64,000 nt of DNA from an uncultured Nitrospiraceae bacterium (GTDB taxonomy: Bacteria > Nitrospirota > Thermodesulfovibrionia > Thermodesulfovibrionales > Dissulfurispiraceae). Location of the stretch: NCBI GenBank assembly GCA_963727805.1, contig CAVSHF010000005.1, forward strand, positions 224,001-288,000, written 5' to 3'. The number at the start of each line of letters is the position of its first letter. The stretch's first letter is position 1. Both the position numbers and the translations under genes were made by a program. Of this stretch, positions 49,093-57,352 are shown piece by piece. Below the pieces are notes generated by a model. It was not told the DNA's origin. It was given only the letters and a program-made list of their open reading frames with translations, and ran no database searches.

Positions 49093-49872
49093 TTATGCGT
49101 GGCTCATCGCGGGATAGAGACTCGGGGTTGGCCTGTCGTATACAACCTTGTTGCGTCCCGATCTTTTGGCAGAAAAGAGGGCGTTATCGGCGCGGAGAAC
49201 CATATCCATCGAGTCCGCATCCATGGGCGTAATAGTGGCAATTCCTATGCTAATGGACATCTTAATTTTAGACGTTTTATGCAAAAAAATGCTCTCGGCA
49301 AGCTTCTGGCGCAGCCGGTTAAGGGGTAGAGAGGCCTGGCTTCCTGCCGTATCGGGAAGCAGGATCAGAAATTCCTCACCACCATACCTTACGACGACAT
49401 CGCATTCTCTCAGTCCCGACTTAAGCGTTGTTGCAATATGAGTCAATACTTTGTCACCAATGATATGACCATAAGTATCGTTAATATTCTTGAAATGGTC
49501 GGCGTCAACCATTGCAACCGAAAACGTGGAGCCATTTCTCTTCGCCCTGGAGAACTCCTCGTTCAGTCGGATCAAGCCCGCACGACGGTTATAAACCTTA
49601 GTAAGTTCATCATAGAGATAGTCATTCTGTAACGAAGCATATGATAAAGAAAGTGTCGATTCGGTTTTGCGTACAAAATAGCCGTTGATGAAGAAAAAGT
49701 TGGCTGCACAAAGAAGAAATCCACCAAGTGCCGTGATTATAGCAATCTTTGACGTGTCCACGCCGAGACCGAGAAGGATAAAGGGGATGATCAGAGTCAA
49801 CACAAGCATGTTAACTAAGATCATGCGTTTTAAGTATTTAGCAAGGTCATTTATTACTGTTGTAAACCCCAT
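49093..49872 (-). CDS. Membrane-anchored diguanylate cyclase
   Basis: Two TM helices, DELTKVYNR, DADHFKNINDTYGH, I-site RECD, GGEEF. Confidence 0.93.
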   Translation of the reverse strand: MGFTTVINDLAKYLKRMILVNMLVLTLIIPFILLGLGVDTSKIAIITALGGFLLCAANFFFINGYFVRKTESTLSLSYASLQNDYLYDELTKVYNRRAGLIRLNEEFSRAKRNGSTFSVAMVDADHFKNINDTYGHIIGDKVLTHIATTLKSGLRECDVVVRYGGEEFLILLPDTAGSQASLPLNRLRQKLAESIFLHKTSKIKMSISIGIATITPMDADSMDMVLRADNALFSAKRSGRNKVVYDRPTPSLYPAMSHA

Positions 49873-50120
49873 ATGCCCTCCATGTTTCTTGTTCGAGGGT
49901 TAAAGAAGCAAAAAATGTACCAAAATAAAATGAGTTTGAAATATAACGATTAATTAACTATGAAGGAAGAAAGAGGGTTAGGAAGTGTCATTTTATTGGC
50001 ATTATTTTCCGCGTGCAGGCAAAAATTTCCGGCAGCACCGAATGCTGGGGAGGCGGCTGCTCGGGTGCGCTCTCTGTTCCAGTATTGTACAGGCTGCTAC
50101 TGAGAACCGCCTCCCACGTA

Positions 50121-50807
50121 TCAAATCACAAATTTTCCGCCCATAGCCAAGTCTTCGAGGACGTTTCTGTCGAGGAGTTTTAGCTTTCTCCCCTGTACGG
50201 AGATTATTCCCTGGCTGCTCATTTTCCCCAGGATGCGAGAGAGCGTCTCGGGTATCGTGCCTAAAAGACTAGCGAGCTGCCCCTTGGTAATGTCGAGTTC
50301 GACCTCAGCTGCGCTGTCATTTTCCTCGCTAAGGTAAAGGACATATGCCGCCAGCCTGCCGGGCACCTCTTTCAATGAAAGCTCTTCCACAAGGCGGGTG
50401 AGTTGCCTGAGGCGGTGTGAAAGTTCGGCGAGCATATTCATGGCTAGTGAGGGATCTTTTCGAATAAGGTCAAGAAAGGCAGCCCTCGGGAAGAAGAATA
50501 TCCGACTTTTCTCGATGGTTTCAGCGTTGGCCGGAAAGTGGCCGCCGGCGAACATCGGGACCTCTCCAAAGGACTCTCCAGCACCGACAATGTGCAGTAT
50601 CTGTTCCTTTCCATCCGGAGAAAGCTTGAATATCTTGACCTTGCCCTGAACAAGGACAAAGAAGCCTTCGGCAGTTTCACTTTCAGACAGCACCGTCTGA
50701 CCACGATCGAAGGTTTGGTCCGCCATGGTGGTGACAATCTCCTCAAGCTGCTCCCTTGGGAGGCCGTGGAAGAGAGGAATTTTGTTGACCATCTGCAGAA
50801 GTTCCAT
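50121..50807 (-). CDS. Crp/Fnr-family regulator (HcpR-like)
   Basis: GKEQILH, FGEVPMF, RLAAY, LGTIPETLSR HTH. Confidence 0.92.
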   Translation of the reverse strand: MELLQMVNKIPLFHGLPREQLEEIVTTMADQTFDRGQTVLSESETAEGFFVLVQGKVKIFKLSPDGKEQILHIVGAGESFGEVPMFAGGHFPANAETIEKSRIFFFPRAAFLDLIRKDPSLAMNMLAELSHRLRQLTRLVEELSLKEVPGRLAAYVLYLSEENDSAAEVELDITKGQLASLLGTIPETLSRILGKMSSQGIISVQGRKLKLLDRNVLEDLAMGGKFVI

Positions 50808-50828
50808 TTGTCTTTAATACCAGTTTTT

Positions 50829-50842
50829 TTGATTTAAGTCAA
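50829..50842. promoter_or_regulatory. FNR-type operator
   Basis: TTGAT-TTAA-GTCAA, about 30 bp upstream of a TAAACT -10-like element. Confidence 0.7.
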
Positions 50843-50911
50843 AGGATATTTTCAGACAAGCGAGATAAACTAAAAATATAAAATAGTATTTTTTAGTGAG
50901 GGAGGTCTTTT

Positions 50912-51721
50912 ATGAAATGGACAGGCGCGGCAGAGGACGCGGTATCCCGTGTTCCTTTTTTTGTTCGCAACAAGGTTAAGAGGCGAGTAGAAGAGGAGGC
51001 CGGGCGGCTGGGAAGCAGCGCAGTAACCATTGAGCACGTGCAGACCTGTCAGACAAGATATTTGAACACCATGCATGAGGAAGTCAAGGGGTTCCAGGTA
51101 GAAGCCTGCTTTGGCCCCTCAGGTTGCCCTAACAGGGCCGGCATGGAGAATGGGTTGGCCGAGCAAATCGAGAAAGTGCTTGCAGGAAAGGACCTGAAGT
51201 CATCTCTTAAGGAAAAGGTTAAAGGCCCGCTCAAGCTTCATCATGAATTCCGGGTCTCCATTTCTGAATGTCCTAATGCATGTTCGCGACCCCAAATTGC
51301 CGACGTCGGTCTAATCGGGGCGCGTCTGCCTGCTGTCTCGGATAGCCCCTGCAACAGATGCGGTGCCTGCGTAAAGTCCTGCCGCGAAAATGCAATAATA
51401 ATTGAGGACACGGCAGCAGAACCACTTATCGATTATATGAAATGCCTCTCATGCGGCAAGTGCATTTTCGCATGCCCATCGGGGACGCTCATGGAGACCC
51501 AGACAGGGTGGCGTATACTTATCGGCGGCAAACTTGGCAGGCATCCGCAACTCGCAAGAGAACTTACCGGTATTATCCCCAGTGACCAAGCGTTGCTTGT
51601 CATTGAGAGATGCATCGATTTCTATATGGCGCGCAATCTTGAAGGAGAGAGGTTAGGCGAAGTGATTAATCGCACGGGGGTCGAAGCGATCAAAGATTTT
51701 CTGGAAAACGGGCGTTTTTGA
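50912..51721 (+). CDS. Nitrite/sulfite-reductase-like Fe-S protein with N-terminal PCP_red-like domain and 2x[4Fe-4S] ferredoxin insert
   Basis: W..AE..V.RVPFFVR.KV, Cx5C (CFGPSGC), Cx3C (CPNAC), two CxxCxxCxxxC motifs, IGGKLGRHP. Confidence 0.85.
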   Translation: MKWTGAAEDAVSRVPFFVRNKVKRRVEEEAGRLGSSAVTIEHVQTCQTRYLNTMHEEVKGFQVEACFGPSGCPNRAGMENGLAEQIEKVLAGKDLKSSLKEKVKGPLKLHHEFRVSISECPNACSRPQIADVGLIGARLPAVSDSPCNRCGACVKSCRENAIIIEDTAAEPLIDYMKCLSCGKCIFACPSGTLMETQTGWRILIGGKLGRHPQLARELTGIIPSDQALLVIERCIDFYMARNLEGERLGEVINRTGVEAIKDFLENGRF

Positions 51722-51731
51722 TCTAAGTCAA
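51718..51731. promoter_or_regulatory. Second FNR-type operator
   Basis: TTGAT-CTAA-GTCAA overlapping the stop codon; TAAAAT at 51754. Confidence 0.7.
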
Positions 51732-51794
51732 GGCACAGAGGTGATCGCTGTTTTAAAATAATAAGTAAGAAAAGATTAAATCCTGGAGGACAAA

Positions 51795-52544
51795 ATGAAA
51801 ACACTGAGAAAGATAATTGAGATCGATGACAATCTGTGTAACGGATGCGGAGAGTGTATCCCTAACTGCGCCGAAGGGGCGCTTCAGATAGTGGACGGGA
51901 AGGTCCGGATGATATCTGAAATATATTGCGATGGGTTGGGGGCCTGTCTTGGCCACTGTCCTCAGGGCGCATTAAAAATTACCGAGAGGGAAGCCGAGGA
52001 ATTTAACGAAGATGCGGTTGAGCACTTACTCAAACAGCAGGAGCAAAAGAATAAAGCACCTCAGGCTCCATTACATGCCGGATGCCCCGGGAGCAGGCTT
52101 CATACATTTAAGTCACCGTGTCAGGAGGCCAACAGCCCTGTGAGTCATGCAAGGGGGGGTTCGGCACTTACCCACTGGCCTGTCCAAGTCAGGTTGGTGC
52201 CGCCGACGGCGCCGTTTCTTAAGGGTGCTCATCTGCTTGTGGCGGCCGATTGCACAGCTTATTCTTATCCGGATTTCCATGGTGACCTGCTCGAAGGTAA
52301 GGCGCTCATGATAGGGTGTCCAAAATTTGATGATGCACAAGAATACGTTAACAAATTCGTAGAGATATTCAAAATCGCCGGGATTAAAAAAGTAACGGTT
52401 GTCGACATGGAAGTCCCCTGCTGTTCGAAATTGCCACTGCTCGTCAAGAAGGCGATGGAGATTTCGGGCAAAGATGTCCCTATGGAAGAGGTTATCATCG
52501 GCATCCGGGGAGATGTGCTTAAACGCATCCAGCATGCCGCGTAA
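51795..52544 (+). CDS. 4Fe-4S ferredoxin-domain protein of the type found in hcp regulons
   Basis: CNGCGECIPNCAEGA, CDGLGACLGHCP, HWPVQ, AADC, GCPKFD, MEVPCC. Confidence 0.88.
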   Translation: MKTLRKIIEIDDNLCNGCGECIPNCAEGALQIVDGKVRMISEIYCDGLGACLGHCPQGALKITEREAEEFNEDAVEHLLKQQEQKNKAPQAPLHAGCPGSRLHTFKSPCQEANSPVSHARGGSALTHWPVQVRLVPPTAPFLKGAHLLVAADCTAYSYPDFHGDLLEGKALMIGCPKFDDAQEYVNKFVEIFKIAGIKKVTVVDMEVPCCSKLPLLVKKAMEISGKDVPMEEVIIGIRGDVLKRIQHAA

Positions 52545-52599
52545 TGGCAATGAATGATCGGCTAGCTTCCTTATATTGTCACTTTGCAGCTATTGATGT

Positions 52600-52636
52600 A
52601 GTAAGGGGGGTATGGCACTTGCCGTAGCCCCTTACT
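52600..52636. repeat. REP-like palindrome or terminator
   Basis: AGTAAGGGG.GTATGGCA-ct-TGCCGTAGCCCCTTACT imperfect hairpin. Confidence 0.5.
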
Positions 52637-52896
52637 GAATAAATAGATATGAGCGCAACCAGAGTTAACCAGAACACCGATGGTTATTGTGCTTGGTGGC
52701 TCTTGGCTGAGTGGAGCAAATCCACTGTCCGCACATATTCTTGGCCGGGCCGGATTTGTGATATGACGTATGTTGACGTGGCGGGTAAACGACGATAATT
52801 TTAGCCATACATTTCAGTTTGTCAACTTGGGGATTAAAGTCCACACAGAGGGATGATTCTGGTTCTAAAACTTCTTTCAAATCTTTAAAATACTAG

Positions 52897-52984
52897 TGGT
52901 GCAGGTACCGAGAGTCGAACTCGGACAGGGGGTTAACCTACCAGATCCTAAGTCTGGCGCGTCTGCCAATTCCGCCATACCTGC
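52897..52984 (-). tRNA. tRNA-Leu (anticodon TAG)
   Basis: GCAGGTA acceptor stem, GGAATTGGCAGAC D arm, CCAGA-CTTAGGA-TCTGG anticodon arm, long variable arm, GTTCGAC T loop, encoded CCA. Confidence 0.97.
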
Positions 52985-53342
52985 ATCCATAATGTTAACA
53001 CATTTTATTCAGGGGGTGCCCGCAGTGGGATCGTCACACCTTGTGCTGATGAAGGCAGCGGGGAAAGACTTGCATGCTTTGTATAACGCGACAATATCAG
53101 TCCCGTGCGTACTGGCATAGGACATCACTTTCTAAAATCAAATAATAGTTGAGTGATTAGGCTAGTTTCAGGATATTGATGAAAATATTATTGTTCCTGA
53201 CAATAACCTTGTAATGGCTTCTCTGCTCAAACGATTACGATTACTCACAGACCCTGGGTTATTAAAAGGTAGAAGGCAAGTCCCCTAATCGGGTATGTTG
53301 TATCTGGACAGAAGCAATATACCGACAGAAGGAGGATTTGCC

Positions 53343-53511
53343 ACGAATAAGGTTAGCAAACTTGATTTTGAGAGTCAACAGATTTATGTCGGGATGGATG
53401 TTCACGAGAAGAGCTGGAGCGTTAGTATCTTTACGGATACGTTTGAACATAAGACCTTTACGCAGCCTCCTGAGGTGGGCACGCTGGTGAATTATCTCAA
53501 ACGCAATTTCC
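53343..53511 (+). pseudogene. Truncated IS110-family recombinase N-terminus
   Basis: AGGAGG RBS followed by ACG (mutated ATG); KLDFESQQIYVGMDVHEKSWSVSI...KTFTQPP..LVNYLKRNF, then similarity ends. Confidence 0.8.
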
Positions 53512-53528
53512 GTGGTTTATACGGCCTT

Positions 53529-54509
53529 CTAGGGCCTTATTTCAACAATCGTACCATTTGGCGCTAACTTGTCAATCTCCTCTATTTCTTCGTCTGTAAC
53601 GGCGATACACCCTTTCGTCCAGTCAATCTCTGTGTGAAAATCACCGACCCACGAGAAACCATTCTTAATGCCGTGAATCATGATGTCTCCGCCCGGAGAA
53701 ACACCAAGTTCTTTTGCTCGCTTTTTGTCTTTCTCGTTTGGATAGGAAAGGTGAAGAGATAGGTGATAACGGCTGTCCTTGTTTCTTGAATCGATAACGT
53801 AGGTTCCCTCCGGGGTTTTGTTATCGCCTTGCCTTTCCTTTGGACCATCCGGGTTCCCCCCCAAGGCTATTTTGTAAGTCTTGAGCCCCTTGCCTTTTGA
53901 GATCACTGTCAATCGTCGTTCTTTTTTTTCTATCAGAATCTTATCTGCCGTTCCCTTCTGTATTGCAAAAACCTCTTTTTGCAGTGTACTAATCTCATTC
54001 TCTTTGCTCTTCACCTCTTGTTCAAGTGCTTCAATCTTTTTTTGCAGTGTACTAATCTCATTCCCTTTGCTTTTAACCTCATGTTGGAGAGTTTCAATCT
54101 GTGTTTGCTGCGTAGCAATCGTCTTATCCTTGATAAGGACATTATTGATCTGAAATATCATCATCTCACTGTCCTTCCTGTACCCACTCTCCGGGTAATC
54201 CTTTATGAGTTTCTGGAAACATTCCAGAGATCTTTGATAATCTCTTTGCTCATTTCTAGGATACGCATAAATAATACCCATCTCGAAAAGAACCCTGTCT
54301 CCCGCCGTGGGATATTTTTCACTAATCTGCTCATATTTGCTCAGAGAGGCCTTGTAGCTTCCCTGGCTGAAAAGATCATTCGCTTCTTTGAAGGTTGCCT
54401 GAAATCCCTCATTAAAGTGACTGCATCCGCATATGAGAAGCGGTGTTATAATGATGCAGACAAAGAAAAAGTAAAAATGCTCACCTATCCTACTTTGCTT
54501 TTTACCCAT
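53529..54509 (-). CDS. YkuD-domain lipoprotein of YafK/DpaA-like type with TPR-like and coiled-coil regions
   Basis: Lipobox ICGC, PKERQGDNKTPEG, SYPN, IMIHG...WTKGCIAV. Confidence 0.88.
   Translation of the reverse strand: MGKKQSRIGEHFYFFFVCIIITPLLICGCSHFNEGFQATFKEANDLFSQGSYKASLSKYEQISEKYPTAGDRVLFEMGIIYAYPRNEQRDYQRSLECFQKLIKDYPESGYRKDSEMMIFQINNVLIKDKTIATQQTQIETLQHEVKSKGNEISTLQKKIEALEQEVKSKENEISTLQKEVFAIQKGTADKILIEKKERRLTVISKGKGLKTYKIALGGNPDGPKERQGDNKTPEGTYVIDSRNKDSRYHLSLHLSYPNEKDKKRAKELGVSPGGDIMIHGIKNGFSWVGDFHTEIDWTKGCIAVTDEEIEEIDKLAPNGTIVEIRP
53976..54101. repeat. Imperfect 63-bp tandem duplication (21 aa, three heptads) inside the YkuD gene
   Basis: GCAGTGTACTAATCTCATTC at 53981 and 54044; protein EVKSK(G/E)NEISTLQK twice. 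Confidence 0.9.
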
Positions 54510-54730
54510 ATACGCCTTCGTGTTTGTGAATAATATGTTTGATGATCACAGAACTATTCCTCTTTCTGATATATCCAAAACATGTACCACATTATAAGTT
54601 AAATTCTGCAATGTTTTCATTATTACCGTTTGAAATGTAATATGGATCGGTATCGTGCTGAGAGCCTGATGCCCTGGTTTGAAAGATTAACTGCTTGAAT
54701 AGTCCAGACAACCTTGAACGGTGAAAGCAT

Positions 54731-54768
54731 AAGGAAGTGGCAGGGTCTCAAAACCCTGCCACTTCCTT
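54731..54768. terminator. 16-bp stem hairpin downstream of the lipoprotein gene
   Basis: AAGGAAGTGGCAGGGT-ctcaaa-ACCCTGCCACTTCCTT. Confidence 0.8.
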
Positions 54769-54814
54769 TCCGGAGCAGTAAAAGCTAAAGTTAACAGCTC
54801 CCCATAAAATTGAC

Positions 54815-55159
54815 TTACTTCTTCATTGATTTCTGGAACATGGCGTCAGTCTTCTTCGCCTTTTCATCTGCGATCTGCGCCTTTTCATCGGCGATCTGCG
54901 CCTTTTCATCTGCGATCTTCTCCCTTTCCTCTGCCATCTTTAGAGCATTTTCGGCGCGGGTTGCTGCAGCCTCTGCCTTTAACGTGGCCGCATCAGCTGC
55001 CGCCTTGGCAGCCTGCGCATCCTGCGCGGCCTGATCAGCTTTCGCACCAGTCATCATTTGCTGCGACTGAACTTTTTCGAGATCACCTTTTGTTGCACAA
55101 CCTACCACAGTAACAGCAAGAACAAGCATCATTAAGATCACCAAAAGACTCTTCTTCAT
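54815..55159 (-). CDS. Lpp/OprI-like alanine-zipper lipoprotein ending in Lys
   Basis: AGGAGGTG RBS, lipobox VVGC, Ala-rich heptads, C-terminus DAMFQKSMKK. Confidence 0.9.
   Translation of the reverse strand: MKKSLLVILMMLVLAVTVVGCATKGDLEKVQSQQMMTGAKADQAAQDAQAAKAAADAATLKAEAAATRAENALKMAEEREKIADEKAQIADEKAQIADEKAKKTDAMFQKSMKK
54857..54918. repeat. 21-bp tandem repeat x3 (one heptad per unit)
   Basis: CGCCTTTTCATC(T/G)GCGATCT(G) three times, encoding IADEKA(Q). Confidence 0.95.
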
Positions 55160-55254
55160 CGTCTAATCACCTCCTTTCTGTTCAGGTTATTTCATTATTA
55201 CGCGGTGCTTCAACAAGCTATGTGGCATGAACGTGTAAGGAAAGACTGGAACGA

Positions 55255-56547
55255 CTATCTCTTCTTGACAGGTTCAATCAACATACCATCTATTTCCAAG
55301 TCAATTTTCAAGCGTTTGATCGCATCTTTGGCCTCTCTGACATCATTGAAAGGACCAGCGACAACACGGTAGCTCCCGTTCTTTGATAACACCCTTGCCG
55401 GGATTTGTGGACCCTGATGGTTGATAATGGCGGCAAGCCTCAAGGCATCAATCTCGTCAGGCAAGTCAGAAGCCAAAACAGACCACGCATCTGATTTCAG
55501 TTCCGGTATTTCTGGTCTGCCATATAATTCCCCCGGGTGCTTGACTTCTATGGCTTCTCCAACCCCTTTTCCACTTCCTTGCCTGATCTCGAATATAGGG
55601 ACAGGAATCCCCCGGGCCTCAGCCAATACTTGCTTAACTTTGCTCCAGTCAAGCGTGCGCCCCGATTCTTTTTCAATATTTCTCAATTTTGTATATATCT
55701 TATCAAACCCATCAGAGGCCAAGTCTTCCGCGGGCGCATGAACTTCCATGTAAAGTACTCCATTAGATTGACCAAGGAGATATGGCTGGTTAACGATGCT
55801 TACAGGTGTTTTCACCGGAGTGTTCTCATAAAGTTTCTTCACGTCTTCTGGATAGAGTCTTATGCAGCCATTGGTTGCCCTAAGACCAATGCTGGCCGGT
55901 TTATTAGTGCCATGCATCAAATAACTCGACTTACTTAAATATAGTGCGTATTCTCCCAAGGGATTTAGAGGTCCCGGCAGAACTGCGGCAGGCAGAGGAT
56001 CTCCTTTTTTCAGATGATCCTTAGCAATTGAGGCAGGCACATGCCAGGTTGGCCGGGGTACCTTGTGCTCCACATACATTTGACCTGTGGGCGACGGTCG
56101 CTCTTCGGTACCGACACCGACCGGATAGGTCAACACCACCAGTGACTCACTATCTCCTTTAAATTGAAAAAGCCTCATTGCGGCTAAGTTGATCACGATG
56201 CCTTTTCTAGGAGCGTCCGGCAGGATAAAACTCAAAGGCAACAGGATACGTTGTCCGGCCTCGGGCACCCATATGTCTACTCCTGGATTAGCTGCACTGA
56301 CCGCATTGATTCCCAGGCTGAAGTGCCTTGCAATATCCGGCAGCGTATCCCCCTTTTCAAGACTGATGAACGCTAACCGACCGATGACACCATCCCCTTT
56401 TGCAACTGAAAACTGATTGGGCTGCTGGTATTCCTCATGAACGATTTTCGTTGTAGTAGCACATCCAAGGAGAGATAAGATGACGATAAAAAGAGCTATA
56501 AGCCGAAGCCTAGTGGATAAGAGTGACAGGTCAATGATTCGGCACAT
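55255..56547 (-). CDS. L,D-transpeptidase lipoprotein (ErfK/YbiS/YcfS-like) with LysM-like and SPOR domains
   Basis: Lipobox LLGC, TLPDIARHF...ANPGVD, NPLG, MHGTN...TNGCIRL, YRVVAGPF. Confidence 0.93.
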   Translation of the reverse strand: MCRIIDLSLLSTRLRLIALFIVILSLLGCATTTKIVHEEYQQPNQFSVAKGDGVIGRLAFISLEKGDTLPDIARHFSLGINAVSAANPGVDIWVPEAGQRILLPLSFILPDAPRKGIVINLAAMRLFQFKGDSESLVVLTYPVGVGTEERPSPTGQMYVEHKVPRPTWHVPASIAKDHLKKGDPLPAAVLPGPLNPLGEYALYLSKSSYLMHGTNKPASIGLRATNGCIRLYPEDVKKLYENTPVKTPVSIVNQPYLLGQSNGVLYMEVHAPAEDLASDGFDKIYTKLRNIEKESGRTLDWSKVKQVLAEARGIPVPIFEIRQGSGKGVGEAIEVKHPGELYGRPEIPELKSDAWSVLASDLPDEIDALRLAAIINHQGPQIPARVLSKNGSYRVVAGPFNDVREAKDAIKRLKIDLEIDGMLIEPVKKR

Positions 56548-56693
56548 GGGTCAAATAAAGGTCCTTTCTTTAATGAAGAAAATTTTATAAATCATTTTTC
56601 AGTACAGCACTGGATCGTATTGATGCGCAAAGGCGCCATCCCATCGCAAGAGCATGAGGGGAACCGACCTGCTCAGGATGGACTCGCAAAGAT

Positions 56694-56951
56694 TTATTTC
56701 AGTTGTAGTGCTCCCGCTGCACCCTTAATGTCGTCGTCTGTAAGTGACTTGTGCATGCCATTCTTAGGCCCCTCTTTCAGCGCCTTCATTAGATCTGCAG
56801 CCGTACCGATCTTTGCCTTTGCAATCATCTTGTCCGGTGCTTTATCACCCTTGTGGCACTTCTCACACTTATCAAGACCTGCGGCGAACCCGAAAGAGGC
56901 AATACTTAGACTGACAATAACTGTTACAACGAATGCGAGACAATTCTTCAT
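56694..56951 (-). CDS. Small exported monoheme c-type cytochrome
   Basis: AGGAGG RBS, signal peptide, CEKCH, distal MH. Confidence 0.85.
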   Translation of the reverse strand: MKNCLAFVVTVIVSLSIASFGFAAGLDKCEKCHKGDKAPDKMIAKAKIGTAADLMKALKEGPKNGMHKSLTDDDIKGAAGALQLK

Positions 56952-57352
56952 TCTGTTGCCTCCTATCAGAAATATTTAAATGTTTAAAGAGCAAACTCGG
57001 TCACTCTTTATGCTATTTAAGCATAAGGTCGGTTTATTAAAATTAAATGAAATATTTATGAAGATATCTTCATTTGAAACTCAATGCACAGCATATAGAA
57101 GAACATATCAAAGATGTATAGAGATTGATATCCACAACACGTCAAATCGAAGATAGCAGTTTCTTTTGGAAAATAACGTCTAGGCTGAGATGCCAAGGGT
57201 GCTGAGGTGCAGTCAATATGTGTCCCGCGAACAGCGTTAATCTAGACGACGTGGAAATATTACATGATGTCACTGTTCACAATACATCTGTCTTATAAAG
57301 TTTGCCTTAGCAAAAAATCTGCACCATCCGGAGGGGATGTACCTTCTTAGGC

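Noticed and set aside
52640..52984. Genomic island integrated at the tRNA-Leu 3' end
   Set aside because: No integrase and no duplicated tRNA 3' end was found by eye in the window
53295..53567. 90-aa ORF as a functional gene
   Set aside because: Chimera of upstream non-coding sequence, the IS110 fragment and the antisense end of the neighbouring gene
54857..54918. Short repeats as a CRISPR array
   Set aside because: Units are contiguous without spacers and in frame within a gene; no cas genes are present
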